Assembly (NCBI GenBank): GCA_977018835.1
Contig: OZ361256.1
Coordinates: 7,378,001 to 7,442,000, forward strand
Direction of reading: 5' to 3'
DNA length: 64,000 bases
Source: Minutocellus sp. GHC0000111
Taxonomy: Eukaryota
The translations under genes were made by a program, and so were the position numbers. This document shows, piece after piece, positions 45,573 to 56,143 of this stretch (its first letter is position 1; each line of letters begins with the position of its first letter). The notes under the pieces were generated by a model, which was not told the origin of the DNA, did not search any database, and saw only the letters and a list, made by a program, of their open reading frames with translations.

Positions 45573-47046
45573 TTACGAAGAGGAATGATATCGACGGTGC
45601 AGTTGGATTAAGTTGTGTTCCAACAGTGCCACCGTGACCTGACCAACCTGAGGGATGTACAATATCCCAGGCGTATCTGTATTTCGAAGATCGTCCTCGT
45701 TTATATTCTTTTCTCTCGCCACATTGACAACTGTGGTATTCTCCTGAAGCCAAGCTACCGGGATGTGAAACTTATCATTGGGCACAGCCGATACGACAAC
45801 CGACGATTGGCGGACACAATCTTCCAGAGTTATCTCGGATTCTTTGCAACGCTGAGTCCTCCCACCTTCGGAAAATTGCACAATAGAATCAATGTCCACC
45901 GAGTAGACTCGTGCACCATCATTAGCCAGCATGGCTGCCAGTGGTCTGCCAAATATTTCCGACCTATTCACAATGGTAATGACGCAACCCTTTAATCTCT
46001 GCCCGGTGGGAGCTGCAGCATCGTAAGCCCGGTGACAAGATTCCAAGATCTTTGCCACAGCTAAGGCCGTGCAGGGAAATATGACAAATTCATCGTCGTC
46101 ACCATCACCAGGGGCAGAGTCGCTCCGATTGACGTACAGGTGCGAAAACTTGGACATGATGCGCGAATTGTAGCTGTTACAGAGCCCCTCAACATCCAAA
46201 CTTGCAGGGATCATATCTCGAAAGTAGTCATCAAATGTTTTGTAGTACACGCCGGTAGTTTTGTTCTTGTACGGTCCACGCTTCCCTATCCAATCGGTGG
46301 GGTCCATTGCCGATGAAAACATTTGCGTGCTCTGACCAGGGGCCAGCGATCCGATTGTACTTTCAACGTTCATCCGCGTGTGATCCAGGAACGACGATAG
46401 TTTGTGAATATTGGGAACTTTCTTAAAGATGGGATAGAACACCAATACCCCATGGACGCCAAGAATCTCTTCCGCTCGGAAGATGGCATCTTCCACCTTT
46501 TGAGGGTCTGCTGGGACACGCCACAAATCATACGAAAATCCATCTTCCAAGAAATTTGTGGCAATATGTTCCGAGTATGCCTCCGCATCTTCGTCCACCA
46601 GGCCCCGTTTGGCACCAGATGTTGTAATTCCGACAAGCTTTATATTTGTATTTTGTTGTGTATAATAACGCACTGATTCGGTCAGCCACAACTTGGCTGC
46701 CCTCCCATTCGTGCTGGTGATGAGTGTTGTGACGGCGAAATGATGTGTCGATAGGGCCTCGTGCCAACCCACTGCTTTTGTATCTACGCAGTATGTTCAA
46801 TTCATTGGCATTATGTACTGTGGGTAAACGAGTGTTTCTTGGACTGCAACTAATCCTTGTGCCGAAAGCAGGTCTGTGGTTCTGGTTGCGATGACGGGTG
46901 GGTGTGGATGGTGATGAGTCACTTGCAATGTCATGGTGGCTTATCGAGCGCAGCCCGCTCGAGCAGGCTGTAACACTACCACGCCGACTGCACTCTTTAT
47001 TGGCACCGATGCGGTGTATGCAGCGGCGATAGACCAAGCGGGTCAT
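45573..47046 (-). CDS. Methylenetetrahydrofolate dehydrogenase, NAD-dependent MTD1/FolD-like, with Arg-rich presequence; frameshift near 46670
   Basis: VHGVLVFYP, DVEGL, PCTALAVAKILE, TIVNRSEIFGRPLAAMLANDGARVYSVDI, VGQVTVALL. Confidence 0.85.
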
Positions 47047-47210
47047 CTCATGCCAGTATCTTCGTGGCGGCCAATAAAAAATTGCTGCCCCCCCCCTGGC
47101 GGATGACGGCGCGACAGACGGACAGCAGACGGACCAGCACGTCGCGTCGGTCAACGCAACGCAACACAACGGCAAGCAATGCAATCGCAAGCAACGCAAC
47201 TTGCTTGCAA

Positions 47211-47263
47211 ACTGCTGACTGCTGACTGCTGACTGCTGACTGCTGCTGACTGCTGCTGCTGCT
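47211..47263 (+). repeat. (CTGACTG)n / (CTG)n micro-minisatellite
   Basis: Read directly, in the spacer between divergent genes. Confidence 0.85.
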
Positions 47264-47359
47264 CAGGCTGCTCATTTCCGCGGTCATTCGATACCATCAT
47301 ATGTGACAATCGGCTCAGCTCAGGCTGCTCATTTCATTTTGGGACAATCGGCAAAATGC

Positions 47360-48391
47360 ATGCTGGAAATGTTCGTGGCTGCCGCTGCATTATTACTACT
47401 GGTCGCTTGGCCGACGCTGGCGCTGCAGCAGCCCCACATATACGAGTGCAGCAGGCGTGCGTTTGGTGGCACATTGACGAGTTCTTTACTCACTCCGGCC
47501 ATCGCTAATGCAGCAACGTCAGACTCTGATCAAACATTGCTCATTCCGCCACCACAACCAGTTCCGATTCCTGGCGCAGGCGCCGCATTACGCCCATTGG
47601 TCGTAGGCGATGATTCCTGGCAGGTCCCAAAGTTATACACCAAGCTTGCGCAGAGTAGGATAGCAACTCAGGAGCTTTCGCCCCTTGTGCCTTCTTTGTC
47701 GCCCTTCGCCGAGAATGATATTTATTATCCCTCCTCATTTGCTGGCAAGTGGGAGGTCACGGCAACACTCAGACGAAAGACATACCCCTACGGCCCATCC
47801 TTTGTTCCGTCGCGATCTTTGATTGAAGGCTCTCCTCGGTACAGAAGTGAGAACGTCGGTGATTCAACGACGTATCAAGCGCAATTCTCGGCACTTGGTG
47901 GTGATGGCAACAAAATAATAGCCGACCGACGATTCAACTCAATATCAACAACCAAGGCATATAATCAGCTGACCCCTGTCGAAGATATCATATGGGATCC
48001 GAAGAAGGATCCAACTCAGTTAAAAATACAGTTTGCAGCTGGGCAGATTACAGAAGACATGCGGCCCATAGGACCTTGGCGTGCAGAGGTGTATCTTACG
48101 GCTAGGAAGAAGGAGGAGTCTGATGGGGGGTCGACATTCGCAGCCTCGGAACGAACACGCCAAGTGACGATTGGAGCTGGTGCGGTTGTAGTATCGGACA
48201 CTGAAACTATTACAGAATATCATGTGCAGAATTCTGGAGATCAAATACAAGCTCTGCAACGAATTTCGGTATACCTAACTCCAAATCCAAATTCAAGAGA
48301 GGGTGTTCTGTGGCAACAAGTTGGTGGGAAGGCAGTGGCCTACTTTGACTATGACATCGATATGAAAAGATTTGAATTGGAGATGCGCTAG
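47360..48391 (+). CDS. DUF6816-like plastid/thylakoid protein
   Basis: Signal peptide, SRR..-hydrophobic-ANA lumen-like segment; DIYYPSSFAGKW, IADRRFN, ETITEY, YLTPNP, AVAYFDY. Confidence 0.65.
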   Translation: MLEMFVAAAALLLLVAWPTLALQQPHIYECSRRAFGGTLTSSLLTPAIANAATSDSDQTLLIPPPQPVPIPGAGAALRPLVVGDDSWQVPKLYTKLAQSRIATQELSPLVPSLSPFAENDIYYPSSFAGKWEVTATLRRKTYPYGPSFVPSRSLIEGSPRYRSENVGDSTTYQAQFSALGGDGNKIIADRRFNSISTTKAYNQLTPVEDIIWDPKKDPTQLKIQFAAGQITEDMRPIGPWRAEVYLTARKKEESDGGSTFAASERTRQVTIGAGAVVVSDTETITEYHVQNSGDQIQALQRISVYLTPNPNSREGVLWQQVGGKAVAYFDYDIDMKRFELEMR

Positions 48392-48399
48392 TTTCTCGT

Positions 48400-49602
48400 A
48401 GCAAAGGATTATTATTCATCGATTTGATTCGAACAATTTCTTCTCCTATTGCCATGCTCGATGTCAAGCCTGGACTCTCGATGCCAATCAAATCGATGAA
48501 ACCATCGACTTTGTGTGTCTTTGGTCCAGATATTACAAAATCACCACTTGCCTGTGAGGACCCCTTTGGCGCACTCTTTGGTCGTATACCTGCGTAATCA
48601 GGAACTAGGCCATTGTCTTGTAACTTGGGCCAATACTTGCGTATTGCGTCATAAAATGAGTCGGCTCGACTTGGATCGACGGATAAGTCAATGTCATCCG
48701 GATTCACAATTCTTCCAGCCACTCCACATCGGGGCCAAATCGTGTGCTCCCCCCAAGATCGATGGTGGCATGAACTCCAAGTCCACCTGGTTCGGGAACG
48801 GGATAAATGAGATGGCTAAATGGTCCTTTCTGACCTTCCAATTTGTAATAATTCCCTTTGGCAAAGTATTGCTTTGGTGCTGCTGCCTCATTCTCGTCCG
48901 TTGACAAAGGCATCAGTGATCCATAAACCATTGAAGATATCTCGTGTGCAAACAATCCAGCGCAATTACCAAATTGTCACAACTCAAAGTCATGTCTTCA
49001 GTCTCAACCAACAAGCTGCCTTTGTTGATCCCATTGTTTGTTACCAACACATTCTGAACGACACTATTCAACGCCAGTGAGGCCCCATTTGATTCGGCGT
49101 CACTCAAAAACTCGAGCATGAGCGTGTGACTATCAACGATGCCTGTTGATGGCGAGAAGATGGCTCCATGGCACACCACCTCTGGCTCCATATTTTCCAC
49201 TTCTTCCTTCGACATGAGGCGCAGATCACTTACCCCATTGGCATTTGCTCGCTCGATAATTGAGGGAAGATTGGTTTGCAGTTGAGACTCGTCAGTGGCA
49301 ACAATCAGCTTTCCAACCCTTTTGTGAGGGACGCTGTGTTCGGCGCAGTAGTCATAAAGCATTTCCTTTCCCCGCACGCACAGCCTCGCCTTGAGGGGTT
49401 GCAACTGAGGAGGACAGTAGATTCCTGCGTGAATCACCTCACTGTTTCGGCTGGACGTTCCTTGGCCGAATGCACTCTCTTTCTCGAGGACGATGGTCTC
49501 GCGGCCAGTCGCAGCGATCGCTCTGGCAGCAGCCAGACCAACGACTCCCGCTCCAACGACCACCGTATTGACGTGATATGCTGCCGCCGCGGGTGCTGCC
49601 AT
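48400..49602 (-). CDS. L2HGDH: L-2-hydroxyglutarate dehydrogenase / FAD-dependent oxidoreductase; frameshifts near 48965 and 48708; 3' end uncertain
   Basis: VVVGAGVVGLA, TSSRNSEVIHAGIY, VGKLIVA, SPSTGIVDSH, AKGNYY, LIYPVPEPGGLGVHAT.D, FGPDVEW, YAGIRPK, GIESPGLTSS. Confidence 0.9.
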
Positions 49603-49726
49603 AATATTAGGTGTCGTGTGGTAGGTGGCTGGGACTCAACCCAGCCAAGTTCCAAAGTGCCCTCGGCGACCTGCCGCCTTGGCCGCTCCGCCCCCCGCCC
49701 CCCCCCCCTGAAAAGAAAACACACAT

Positions 49727-49806
49727 GAGTCGAGTCGAGTGAGTCTTACGTTTACACAAAGCGAATGAATCGACGAATGAATCGAGAATCGAATCGAATC
49801 GAATCA
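49727..49806 (+). repeat. (GAGTC)n and (GAATC)n pentamer microsatellites
   Basis: Read directly, upstream of the L2HGDH-like gene. Confidence 0.75.
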
Positions 49807-49937
49807 TCTGCAACCTCCTTGTGTTTTATATTGAAATATCCAAGTCATTTGCGCTACGTAGAGTCTAACTACTAGCTAGTGATAGGTCTTAGTTGCTGGC
49901 AAGGTAGTTCTACTGGTAGGCTCAGCTCTCTACGTAG

Positions 49938-51443
49938 CTAGAGCCCCACAATGGCTGCCATCGATTTGACGCTCTTTTTGGCCCGTTCTGTTGCACCGGG
50001 AGAATTCAGGGTCAGGCTCGGCATGGCAAGAATAGGGGCAGCCATTGCAGCTTCTTGCAGTTCCAACTGCGACTTGATGCTGGGCAAACTGGGCGAACGA
50101 GGAGTTACGGCGCCAGCAACGTGATGAGAACTGGTTCGCTTCCTCCTCACTGGCGAGGACGGTGTCGAGAATGAATCCGACCTCATCTTTGTGATTCCCC
50201 GACCAAATGTCCGGTCAAACAAATCGACCACGGTACCATCCTTGTGGTGCATCTCAAACGAAATGGGCATAAACCAATCCTCGAATTCGAACGGCATGTT
50301 GATCTGAATACCCGTCAGAACAAATAGACATGAATTATCGTCACCGAATTGCCAATCCTTGACAATGGAATCGAGCATTTTTTCCTATTCGATGCATCTG
50401 CTTGGCGAGCGTGGCCTGTCTTGCGTTTTCGTCCATTGAAAAGCCATCTTCGCTGCTGAATTCCGACGAATTGATATATGAGTCTTCGATGATCTGGAGG
50501 CATTTCTGCACTTCTTGCATAATGAAGCACATCTGATAATCATCAGGGCATTCGGTCAGATCGGGAACGGGCTGTCCAGAGCAGCAATGATTCAAAGCAC
50601 CAACGGCGGCACCGCAAGCCGATCCATCGTGACTTTGTCCATCCCGCGTGAATTGTCCCAATTTCAGACTGTTTGACATGCCAATATGGGGAGCCTGTAG
50701 GACAAATGCATTTCCGCCATCGGGGATGTGATGGGTGAAGGCACCCCAACCAGTCTTTCCTGTGAATGGAATGCCTCCAAGCCCGCCCAAATGAAAGCAC
50801 TTGCCACCTCCGAAAGTATTGATGAAATCGGTAGTGATGCATCCCTCCCTATCGTGATTTATCTCGTCTGGACAGACAGACTGGGCATAAAGCAGATTAT
50901 CTTCTCCAATGTTGAGCTCATCAAGTGTCGCCTGGACCTTGTCGGTAATGACCGAGCTTCCAGCTGCATTTGGAAAATATTTGTGAATGAATGCGACATT
51001 TGCATTCGATCGATCGATGATATTACTAATGCCAGCAGCCGATATGCGTCCCTCGTTCAGTATGACCGTCTTGATATCTTTCACGGCGGCATCGAGTGCC
51101 GATACTGATGACATAAATTAAAGTGCGGCACGCACAAGCAGCCAATAGAATTAAAAGAGTGAGGTATGCGTATGATGAGGTAGTAGGCAATGCCATTTAT
51201 TCCAATGTCGATACATTTTATGAACTCACAATCATCAATAGAGCCATCGAGGCCAGCAAGACCCAGGTCGGCGGCCGGGGTTTTCTTCGTTGAAATGAAG
51301 GAATCGGAGAGCCTCTTCGAAATCATGCCTTTGCCCGGCGTCTTTGTCTGCTTTTGTAGTTTGCGTTCAGCAGCGGCGCTGGAAGCGCCACCGCTGCTAC
51401 GGCCACTGCTATTTATGATGCTGGTTGTCCTACCGCTCTTCAT
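49938..51443 (-). CDS. LCIB/LCIC-family (theta-type) carbonic anhydrase; intron 51105-51229; frameshift in an A-run near 50380
   Basis: SVCPDEIN, FHLGGLGGIPFTGKTGWGAFTHHIPDGG, APHIG, RDGQ..GSACGAA, GIQIN. GTGAGT...CAG phase-1 intron joins exon 51443-51230. Confidence 0.9.
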
Positions 51444-51800
51444 TGTTGTGATGAGGACAGCATGTACCTCTAGCTGCGTAACCAATGACGCAAGTGCCGC
51501 GCTCGGTTACCGCGGTTCATGCGGCTGAGAACGAGTGGCGTTGAGCAGGCAGCAGCAGCACGACGGCATCGCACAACTGCGCGAAACTCCACCTCCAGCG
51601 AAGTGGCACAAGTCCAGTAATTCAAAATGAGGCGCCAAAGGAGCAGCACGTCCAAGATGCTAAGATGCGCCATCGCCCATCCAAATCCATCAGTCTCAAG
51701 AATACAAGGGCCGAAACTGTCGTCTCTTCTAAGGATCTCTCGCGCAGCCGTCTAGTCACATCATTTTTGACTCAAGGATTCCTTCTTTTCCAGGGAACAA

Positions 51801-53433
51801 ATGGAATACAACACTCATTACCGAAACGAGACTCCATCCGAGCAGGAGTCGGCGGCCAACACCATGGCGCCTCTCGACCATGTTCCGTATCAGATCGATT
51901 ATTCGTCCAAGAATGTTGGCAAGACGGTGGCCAACACCAAAAAGAAGATTGAATTCAAGTTCGGCTTTGCGAATAATGACGCCATATCTCACGGCCAGAA
52001 GGGAGTTGCGTGCCGCGGCATCGAGCACAAAGTAGTTCTAAAGTGGTCGCTGACGAGTGGCAAGACCGTTTTCGAATGCGACATGAAGGAGATCCACTTT
52101 GGCCTGAGCGGTAACAAGGTGAGATGAAGAAGGATAAGATATGATGTCATCGAGCGAGATATCTATTGTGGGGATATTCTCTTTGGCGAATCGCTTGCAC
52201 CTTGACGATGATCATTCTGTGTCTGTGCGCTGCATGCCTCTCATACAACTTTCTACATTCACTCTTTTCCTTCCTCAGTTTCAATTCAGCTGGCCGCTGC
52301 GTAAAAATGTTGTGATCGAAATGGTTGCACATGCGGCCCCTTGCTCGACCAAGGGGAATGCCCCCGCGAACTGGAAACAGTTCGACCTCTTCATCAATGG
52401 AATGTCGTACTTCCATTTCCCGAAGATTTTCGAGCTCGGCATCGTTCCTTTCCGTGGCCTTCAAGCTCATCCCTCTCCTTACGGAAGAAACTCTCCCCGT
52501 AGCATGATGGGTGGCCAAGGATACGGCGGTGGAAACTTTGGCCGTCCCAGCTACAATGTGCCCCCTCCTGGAGACTTTGCGGCTCCTCATGCAGCTCCTC
52601 GTGATCAGACTCCTCCGTCTCCACCTCAGGAGGCGGATCTTCTCGATTTTGGTGCTCCTGAGCCTGTCCCTGCTCCGGTCCAGCAGCCTCAGGCTCGGCC
52701 TCAGCAGCAAATGTATGGAGCTGTCCCCGCACCAGAGTTTGCTATGGCCCCAGCGGCCCCTGCCGCTCCCCAGGCCCTTCCTGTTGCTGTTGTGCCTCCC
52801 GCATATGAGCAGCAGCCACCTGCTTTTGCTACCGCACCAGCTCCTCCGGTCGCTCCGGCTCTGGCCCCTCAATATGCCGAGCCGGCTGTTCCAGCTTTCG
52901 CAGCAGCACCCGTCGCCCCTCCTGCGCCCCAGTTCGAGGTCACCCAGGCTCCTCCTGTTGAAACAGTTCCAGCCCCTGTGCCTGCTGAGCCTGTTCACGC
53001 CCTCCCGCCCGCCCAGACTAACGAGAGGCGTGATCCTGGCACCATGTCCGGTGTCGAGAGAGCTATGGATAATTTGGTGAACCTCAGCGACATCACTGCA
53101 TCGCCTGACTTGCAGGTTGGAAAGCTCACGATGATGAGCCCCGAAGACAAGAAGAATGCTTCCAAGCCTGCCTTCAATAACGCAGTGCCTCCCTCTGAGC
53201 TCAAGTCGACCGCTGAGCCGAAGAAGAGCGTGATGAATACATTCACGCCAAATCCGTCGATGCAGCAGCAGCAGCCTGGCATGTACGGTGCTCAGCAGTA
53301 TGGCATGCCTCAGCAGCAGCCCCCTCAACCTGGAATGTATGGCCAGAACCCCATGAGCATGGGAGGCTATCCGCAGCAGCAGCAGCCTCCCGTGGCTCCT
53401 CAGCAGGTTCCGTACAGCAACTACCAGTTGTAG
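51801..53433 (+). CDS. Hypothetical protein: globular N-domain plus Pro/Gln-rich tail with DLLDF motif; intron 52119-52278
   Basis: GTGAGA...CAG phase-0 intron joins ORFs 51801..52127 and 52141..53433. Confidence 0.75.
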
Positions 53434-53739
53434 TTTAGTGGATAGAGTTATTCAGACGAAGAGAACAAGATACAGATCTGCCGGGCACACGGACATGAGT
53501 CAAGTGTATCTATCACATAGATCTTGAGATTCATTTTAATTAATTAGATAAGTAAGTATACATACAAATAATGACTACGTAGCTAGCTTGTTCGAATTGG
53601 AGTCGGTATGCTATGCAGAGCGTCTGCAATCCCTGTGAATAGCGAAGCAAGAGTTGGTGGCTGGCTCGGTGCGGAAGGCAATCGCTGTGATGCACGAAAT
53701 CAACAAAGAAACAAAAATTTACATGTAGCGACGTTCCAA

Positions 53740-54375
53740 TTATGCACCCACTGATGTCGTTCGCTTACGAGCGCGCCGGAAATATACATGCGAAAGTGTG
53801 ATCATCTTAGGACTTTTGTGGTGATTGGTCTGGTGAAACCTCGAAAATCGCTCCTTGATCTGGCCTATCGCCTCGTCTGTATCTCCCAACCCCTGATGGA
53901 GAGCGTTAATGAAATCGCGAGTGTGGACTTCTCTTCTCTGCTTGGAATCAGCAGCAAGTTTGTCCAAGTAGGTCTCCGCATACCTATGGACAAAGCCATG
54001 ATATTTGTTAATGGCTCCCAGAAACTGCGCCTCGGTACGTCGTCGTCGCCATGCGGTCTCCGTCTTGGTCTTGTATACCTCTGTCTTTACCCGACCGGCA
54101 ATTAGTAAGTACATATCCCGAAGGAATTCTGCTTCCCGGGTGTTGAAAAGGAATACTGACCAAATGACGACAATCCTACCAATTTCGCCCACGATGAGGC
54201 ACGGTATGAAGCGTAGATAAAAGGCGTTTCGTGTCGCACAAAACGTCAGAAGGAATGCGGACGAAGCAGCAAGAGATATGGCAATATGTCGAGGAAGAAC
54301 TTGGAAGGTGTCGGTAATGAAAGCCACATTCATCTCAATTTGCCACTCTGGCGACTGGATCATGGGGCCATGCAC
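53740..54375 (-). CDS. Hypothetical membrane protein (5' end uncertain)
   Basis: 211-aa ORF with two hydrophobic segments. Confidence 0.4.
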   Translation of the reverse strand: MHGPMIQSPEWQIEMNVAFITDTFQVLPRHIAISLAASSAFLLTFCATRNAFYLRFIPCLIVGEIGRIVVIWSVFLFNTREAEFLRDMYLLIAGRVKTEVYKTKTETAWRRRRTEAQFLGAINKYHGFVHRYAETYLDKLAADSKQRREVHTRDFINALHQGLGDTDEAIGQIKERFSRFHQTNHHKSPKMITLSHVYFRRARKRTTSVGA

Positions 54376-54561
54376 GTCATCTCAATCTCGGCATCAACTC
54401 ATGAGGCCAATATGTAAGGGGGGAATGAGGACCAAATTGGAAGTGTCAACACCTCTGGGAAAGGAAGAGATCGATGGCACCGGCCCTTGTTTGGTTCTTC
54501 GTCTACTTGGCTACGGCTATATCTGTGGCTTGTCTTCTTGTGCTGGTCTCCGATCGCTCAA

Positions 54562-54637
54562 CAAATGGACCATTAATTGCCACAACGTTCTGACTTCTGC
54601 AAATGGACCATTAATTGCCACAACGTTCTGACTTCTG
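54562..54637 (+). repeat. Perfect 38-bp tandem duplication
   Basis: CAAATGGACCATTAATTGCCACAACGTTCTGACTTCTG x2. Confidence 0.95.
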
Positions 54638-54988
54638 CTCTGACTTCGCCATTGTTCGGCTCTCTTGCGCTGTTGCTGCGCTCTACACTCTCGCTGACGA
54701 CTCACTCGACTCGACTCGACTCAATAGCCCCTTTGCACACCTTTCGAGAAAATTAATTATGCCTTTCTTCTACTCTTTGACTTCTTCCAAAGCATGTGCT
54801 TTTGCCTCGCTGAAATCTGCAGACAATAATCCCTTCAGCAACTCTCTCGCCGAATACGACCACAAGCCCCTCGCCAAGCATCCAAGATCATCATTGGTCT
54901 CGAGTTTTTCGCTCACAATTCGCTGAATTGAATTGACTTGAATAAAGTCAAGCCAAAACTAAAACGACAGAGCAACTTACGCACCAAC

Positions 54989-55901
54989 ATGAAGCTCTCA
55001 ACCGCCACCATCACTCTCGCCATTGCCGTCGTTGCTGCTGCTGGCAATACCAGCGTCGATGCCAAGAAGGAGACTGTCACTCTTCGAGGCAAGAACAAAA
55101 AAGAATCATCGCCGAGGCCTTCTGGTTGACAAAGGTCTTCCGAAGGAGCCCAAGGTGCCAAAAGATCCCAAGGCGCCTCCTCCGCCAAAGGAACCCAAGC
55201 ATCCTCCCAAGATAGGTCCTAAGGAAGAAAAAGTGATGAAGGGCGTCGAAGCCGAGGCTCGCGCTGCCAATCTCGACCTTCTCAAGAGAATGCAGCACTC
55301 CTCTGTTGCCTACTCTGGCGGTCGTGGATATGCGTGCCGCTTCGATTCCACTGGTCTCGGTGGCCCGGATGACCCCCTTGCAGATCCCTTGTCCAATAAG
55401 TACTTTGACCGTGTGGCCGATCAAAGCTCTCTTCAAGATTGCCAGGCACTATGCGATGCCGAATCCTGGTGCATTGGAGTTGAATACGGCTTTGCCAACA
55501 AGCGATGCGAATTGTGGCGGACGGAAATTGGCCACTTCGCCGAGAGGGACTCCAAGTGGGGTTGCTTCCGCAAATTCCAGGGCAGTGGCGACGCCGTCTG
55601 CCGAGTCAGCGATGTAGACCTCGTTCTTGGGTCCTACCTCGATGATTCTGGTGAACACATGAAAATTGTCAAGCTAGACAGCATCGAAGAATGCACTCAA
55701 GTTTGTGCCAATGATTCCACCTGCACTGGCGTCGGCTGGAATGAGTGTGAAAACGAATGTGAGCTTTGGAAGAGCGAAATTGGCCTCATGCTTCCAGTCC
55801 GTGGCCAGAAATGCCTCACCAAATTTACCATCGCTGCGGAGCCTGGAGACGAAATCCTTCTCAAACCAGCTCTCAAGGCCGATGAGATCAATTCGCCTTA
55901 A
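54989..55901 (+). CDS. Secreted protein with Pro/Lys repeats and two PAN/apple-like domains; frameshift in an A-run near 55100
   Basis: Signal peptide MKLSTATITLAIAVVAAA; SLQDCQALC...CIGVEY....RCELW and SIEECTQVC...CTGVGW....ECELW. Confidence 0.8.
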
Positions 55902-56143
55902 GATTCGACAATCTTTACTATGAAAGTTTGAGATAACATCATTTTGATGTTATGTTTTGTGTTGATGTAAAAAGAGAGAGAAGAAGACACAATTCCATGT
56001 ACCAGTAATCCAGTAATATAATAAACATATTTCAAACGCATAGCTCGCATGTTCTTTAGGGTAATACCCTCCGATTGTTCTTTAGAGTAAAAAGTTTTTT
56101 CTAATGATATATTACCGAACTAAATAATCGTCGCTGTGGGATC

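Noticed and set aside
48210..48400. 180-bp natural antisense overlap of the L2HGDH-like and DUF6816-like genes
   Set aside because: Similarity to L2HGDH ends at LTSSMAIGEEIV; the run-on is more simply a lost stop in an error-prone consensus.
54562..54637. Repeats as a CRISPR-like array
   Set aside because: Only two adjacent units with no spacers, in a eukaryotic context with no cas genes.
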